The notes below the pieces were generated by a model. That model worked only from the letters and a program-made list of their open reading frames with translations. It was not told the origin of the DNA and searched no databases. A stretch of DNA of 54,487 nucleotides, counting the filler, from Sphacelaria rigidula (taxonomy: Eukaryota), in the NCBI GenBank assembly GCA_964200075.2. It is 4 parts of 4 records of this genome, joined end to end, with 100 filler letters (N's around TTAATTAATTAA, not from the genome) between each part and the next. Parts side by side here need not be neighbours in the genome. Positions count along the whole stretch, not along the records: positions 40,942 to 54,487 come from CAXNAA020002815.1; 3 more parts are not named here. One strand, given 5' to 3'. Of this stretch, positions 50,526-54,487 are shown piece by piece (the first letter of the stretch is position 1; the number at the start of each line of letters is the position of its first letter). A program made the translations under genes and the position numbers.

Positions 50526-53244
50526 CGTCGTCACAGCTAGCTGCCCTACCGTATCGCACTTCCACTCCCTCACTTCACACCTTCACGCTAGCTTTCTCCC
50601 GATCCCAAACCCAATCCCGCCTCTTAGATTCAGGAACAAAGCAAGGGTACACACATACACAGAGAGACACACAACAGACAGCAATTAGTGCGTGACATTC
50701 CCGATGCCTGGCAAGCTTCAGCACATGAAAACGTGCGACAACACTACTACTGCCAGCGGACATCAGATGAGGAAGAGAACGGCGCGGAAGCGTAGGAAGG
50801 AGTGTGAATAAACGCGTAGGCATGCTTGACATCGTTGTTTACTCTGCACTAGGTGCTACTTCAGCGAGGGAAGAAAACGGAGATCATGACGATTAAGAGA
50901 CCCAGCAAGCAGACGAACTTTTCCAAGATGTGCCGTGAGAATTTGGAGCTCAATGACGGTGTAAATACCCGGCATGAACCGCGCGAGGCCAACAAGAGAG
51001 TTGGGCCCACGGAGAGGCATCCTTCGCCACAAAATAACAGCATTCCCGGGCGTATCACGCTGCGGCAGGGGGGAGTGAAGCGAGGATACACTCATTTCAA
51101 AAGGGACCGGGTGTTCAGACCACAATGTTTCGGGAATGGAGTCAAAAAAAGGGAGCAGTGTGTTTGCTCTTCACTAAGTTTCGTGTAACAGCTGAGTTTT
51201 TGCCCACGTCAACAGGTGCTTTGGCAGATGAACCAATGCAAACTGAAGTGAGGAGAGCAAGCATGCCAAAAGTTCCAGCGTTAGCCGATACCAAGAACAC
51301 AATGATAGTTAATATACCTATCTAGTGAAACATACCATGCACTGCATCAAAGCTTGGCTTGGAACAAATGCAAGGAACGGGGCAAAACAGAGAAGGCAAC
51401 TTGCGAATGCACGAGCGTTTCACCGAAACCGAAAATCGAGAGAAAAATCAAACAAACTACTGCACAAATTAGTACCATACCGTACCGCAAAGAAGTGCGA
51501 ATGGTGACAGCTAAAAATGAACGGCAAAAGGCCAACCAGCAAGTGGGGCCTGCCTCGCCTGAGCATATACTTCAAAGAGTACGAAAGTGCGCTTTTAGCA
51601 TCACCAGCTACAAGGAATAGTTGGGCGTCTCTTCACGAGGACGCCCACGGTGTGTCGGTGGTGAATCGTCGCGCAGTACAACTACTGTGCAATACAGTCA
51701 GTACAGGTCAGTATACTACAATGAGTAGATGAAGGCAAAAGGTACGATGTCCCGTATACAGTACAGCATCGGGACTGTGCTACATCACCGACGCCATCGT
51801 ACCGTGAACCCCATCATATACAGCCGGCTTTCCGACAACCTAGGTTTGCTCTCACGACAACCATGCATACACACCCCAATCCCCCCCCCCCCCAAGCAGA
51901 AGATGGCATTTTTTAGAATGGAAGGGGAACATCAACACGGCGAAAAAGCAAGCCACACGCTCATGCTGCAACCTCTTGTCAATACTTGTTTCCGAAACAC
52001 TACAGCAGCCGCGCCGTCAACCGAAAAAACACAACAAAACAATGGCCCACCATTATTAGGTCAAGTTTTAGGGTTATCGACTGAATCAAAACCGCAACAT
52101 GCAGGAGCCCATCAACCAACTAGCACATGTCCCATGAAACGATAACGCCCCATATACCCCCGATCACTCATCATGCTACAGCCCCAGTATCTCACCGAAT
52201 GTCGCCCGATGTCAATCAGAGAGCACAGCTGGCACGCGAAAGCCACTACAAGAATTTTGTCTCCACAGCAAAACTCCACAAGAGCAATAATACTCGCACG
52301 CCAGCCCCTCTCCAGAGCGCGACACTTTGCTCCCGCTCCGCCACTGAAATGGAGAGCGCCGCGGCAGCCGTGTTCATCACCCAGTATAGAGAACGTGCAG
52401 GGGAGGGGTGAAAACGAGCTGCTTCGAAGCCTTACGTCGACATGCTCCTGCTGGCTTTGCGTATGCTCGCTCTCAGCTAATACCTCCCTGTCGTCTACTC
52501 TCTACGACGGTCAACAGTCTGTTTCCTACCAAACTGAAAAACGCCTCTGCCAGATTTTCATATACGCTCAGTAGTTCCCGTAGATCAGATCTGCGGTTTG
52601 TCGCCCGCTACTATTTATGCTCAAGATACTATACAACAGTATTACACTGTACATTAATGAAGCTAAGTAGCCGTACACGTAGTGTTTCAAGGGTGTGTTG
52701 AGTAGGGTATTTTTCACGTATACTCGGATATTTTCACAAATAGTACTCTAAGTACTCGAAACGTTTATTGTATTTGAGAGAATGTACGGTCGAAAATGAG
52801 AGTGAGTTTTTTATTGTTGTTTTTTGTGAGAAAGTGAAAAGAGGAAACGGCGGGAGAGAGGGGGTGATGGAGGGACGGGGAAGAAAGTGTCCGCGGCTTT
52901 TGTGTGTGAAGAAACGAGTGTGAGCTTGAATTCATCAGTATAACCAGCTCCAGGATTGTAATAATGCGATAAGCCCTTGAGCGTCACATACGTGGTAGAT
53001 ATACACCACCACCTGACAGCTGACTGAGTCTGACGATAAGAAGTCATTTTTCATGTGAAGAACGTGATGATGTCGATTCAACCCAAGGGACCCTACATCG
53101 GAATGTCATGGCACCAGCCCCCCCCCTCCTTGTCGCCACAACCTCGTTCTGGGGCAGGATGAGGGGCGGATACCCCAATTTCGATCGGGGGTACCCCCCT
53201 TATCGTTGGATGATGGCGATAGTACTTGCTGTACTGAGATAATA

Positions 53245-53646
53245 CAAATTAAGAATAGACAATGAAAAATCAATAGTCAATAATCAATCATCAACCATCA
53301 ATATTCAATACTAAATAATGAATAGTGAATAATGAATAGTAAATAGTAAATAGTAAATAGTAAATAATCAATCATCAACCATCAATAATCAATAATCAAT
53401 AATCATTAACCAATAGTCAATAATCAGTAATCAATAATCAAGAAGGAATAATCAAGAAGGAATAATCAATGAGGAATACTCAATACTCAATAATCAAAAA
53501 TAAATGAGGAATAATGGATGATGAATGATGAATAATAAATAAGGAATAATGGATAATGAATGATGAATAATAGATAATATATAATACATGATACGTAATA
53601 GATCACACATAATAGGGAATAGAAAATAAATAATAAATATAATAAA
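53245..53646. repeat. AT-rich degenerate 7-mer satellite (AATAATC / AATAGTA / AATAATG)
   Basis: Direct observation of tandem heptamer variants. Confidence 0.9.
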
Positions 53647-53764
53647 GCGTTGCCTTCGCAATTTCTCCTTGTTGTGTTGTGTCGCAGTGTAGTATGATGG
53701 CGACATGTAGAGATGCACGTTGGATGAACGTCGCTATCTGCTCAAACGCGGGCAAATTACATGC

Positions 53765-53940
53765 GTGTGTGTGTGTTGTCGTCCCATCTATTCTGGATGC
53801 CGCTCTACACCTTTCGGCATATGTGGGCGCATCAGCCGGGGTCACACAGAAGGAAGGTCAACACAGGAGCTTTTTTATTTTTATTTGTTTTTTCATACCC
53901 CACCTTCCTTCTGCGGTGCTCGCCATTTTTTTTATCGCAT
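53765..53940 (-). mobile_element. SINE copy (3' part) of the 12479 family
   Basis: gtgtgtgttgtcgtcccatctattctggatgcc...ggggtcacacagaaggaaggtcaacac...cttctgcggtgct matches the reverse complement of about 12680-12835. Confidence 0.8.
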
Positions 53941-54487
53941 GGTCATTAAGAATTCACATACTGCACACATATATAATATCATAAGATTTCCATGCCGGTT
54001 GGTAATCCCGAAGTCAGGTTGCATTACAAGCACAACATGCATATTGCACAAGATATTACATACATATCATTCGGTAGTAGCACAGAACTACTCGTCGTAC
54101 ACCGCCCTCCCCAACATGGCGGCCGTACCACTGCAGCAGCGTGGCGGGAGTACGGAGTCGATGACCGCCGGTCTCGCCGAAGCTAGCGCACTCAGTACTC
54201 ATTATCCAGCGATCATCGCGACTTCCAAAGTCATTTTCCAGCCGCCAAATTTGCTCCCCCACGGCCACAAGAACGGCTGACCCACCAAAACTCCTCGGTT
54301 TTGGGCTGCTCATGTCGAGGAGGATCCTACGTAATACGATTGATCGTTTAATTCCGTATATTTGTAGAGAAACAGGAAAGAATAAGGTTTTTGCACAGCT
54401 GATGTGGTCATTTCCTCATTCTCGACCCCTTGGGGGAGGTGGGGGGGGAGGGGGCTCATTTGTTGTGATCGGGATTGCGTCATGGAG

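Noticed and set aside
1-54487. Functional cluster linking the TPT, coiled-coil and SMG7-like genes
   Set aside because: The genes lie on separate contigs joined by artificial linkers, so their adjacency carries no biological information.

Overview
Eukaryotic, intron- and repeat-rich DNA, most likely from a brown alga (Phaeophyceae). That assignment is inferred from the bipartite 'SAF' plastid-targeting motif, the long TE-filled introns and the style of the Copia gag. The window is not one locus. It consists of four contigs of almost identical length (13547, 13547, 13547 and 13546 bp) joined by artificial 100-bp linkers (N44-TTAATTAATTAA-N44). Contig 1 (1-13547) carries the 5' part of a plastid-targeted triose-phosphate/phosphate translocator (TPT family) gene whose frame is only restored by an 8-nt microexon (9103-9110). 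Contig 2 (13648-27194) carries 16 phase-consistent minus-strand exons of a long coiled-coil protein (about 757 aa, partial at both ends) with one or two GC-AG introns. Contig 3 (27295-40841) has no intact gene that I can support. It holds satellites, foldback elements, a ~550-bp near-loopless palindrome with codon-like divergence between arms, decayed coding sequence and a Ty1/copia gag relic. Contig 4 (40942-54487) carries the first two coding exons of an SMG7/Est1-family gene (minus strand), possibly preceded by a spliced uORF. tRNA-derived SINEs, LINE-like tails and several MITE families recur across contigs. I found no CRISPR array, rRNA, true tRNA or intact transposase, and no convincing new multi-gene system.
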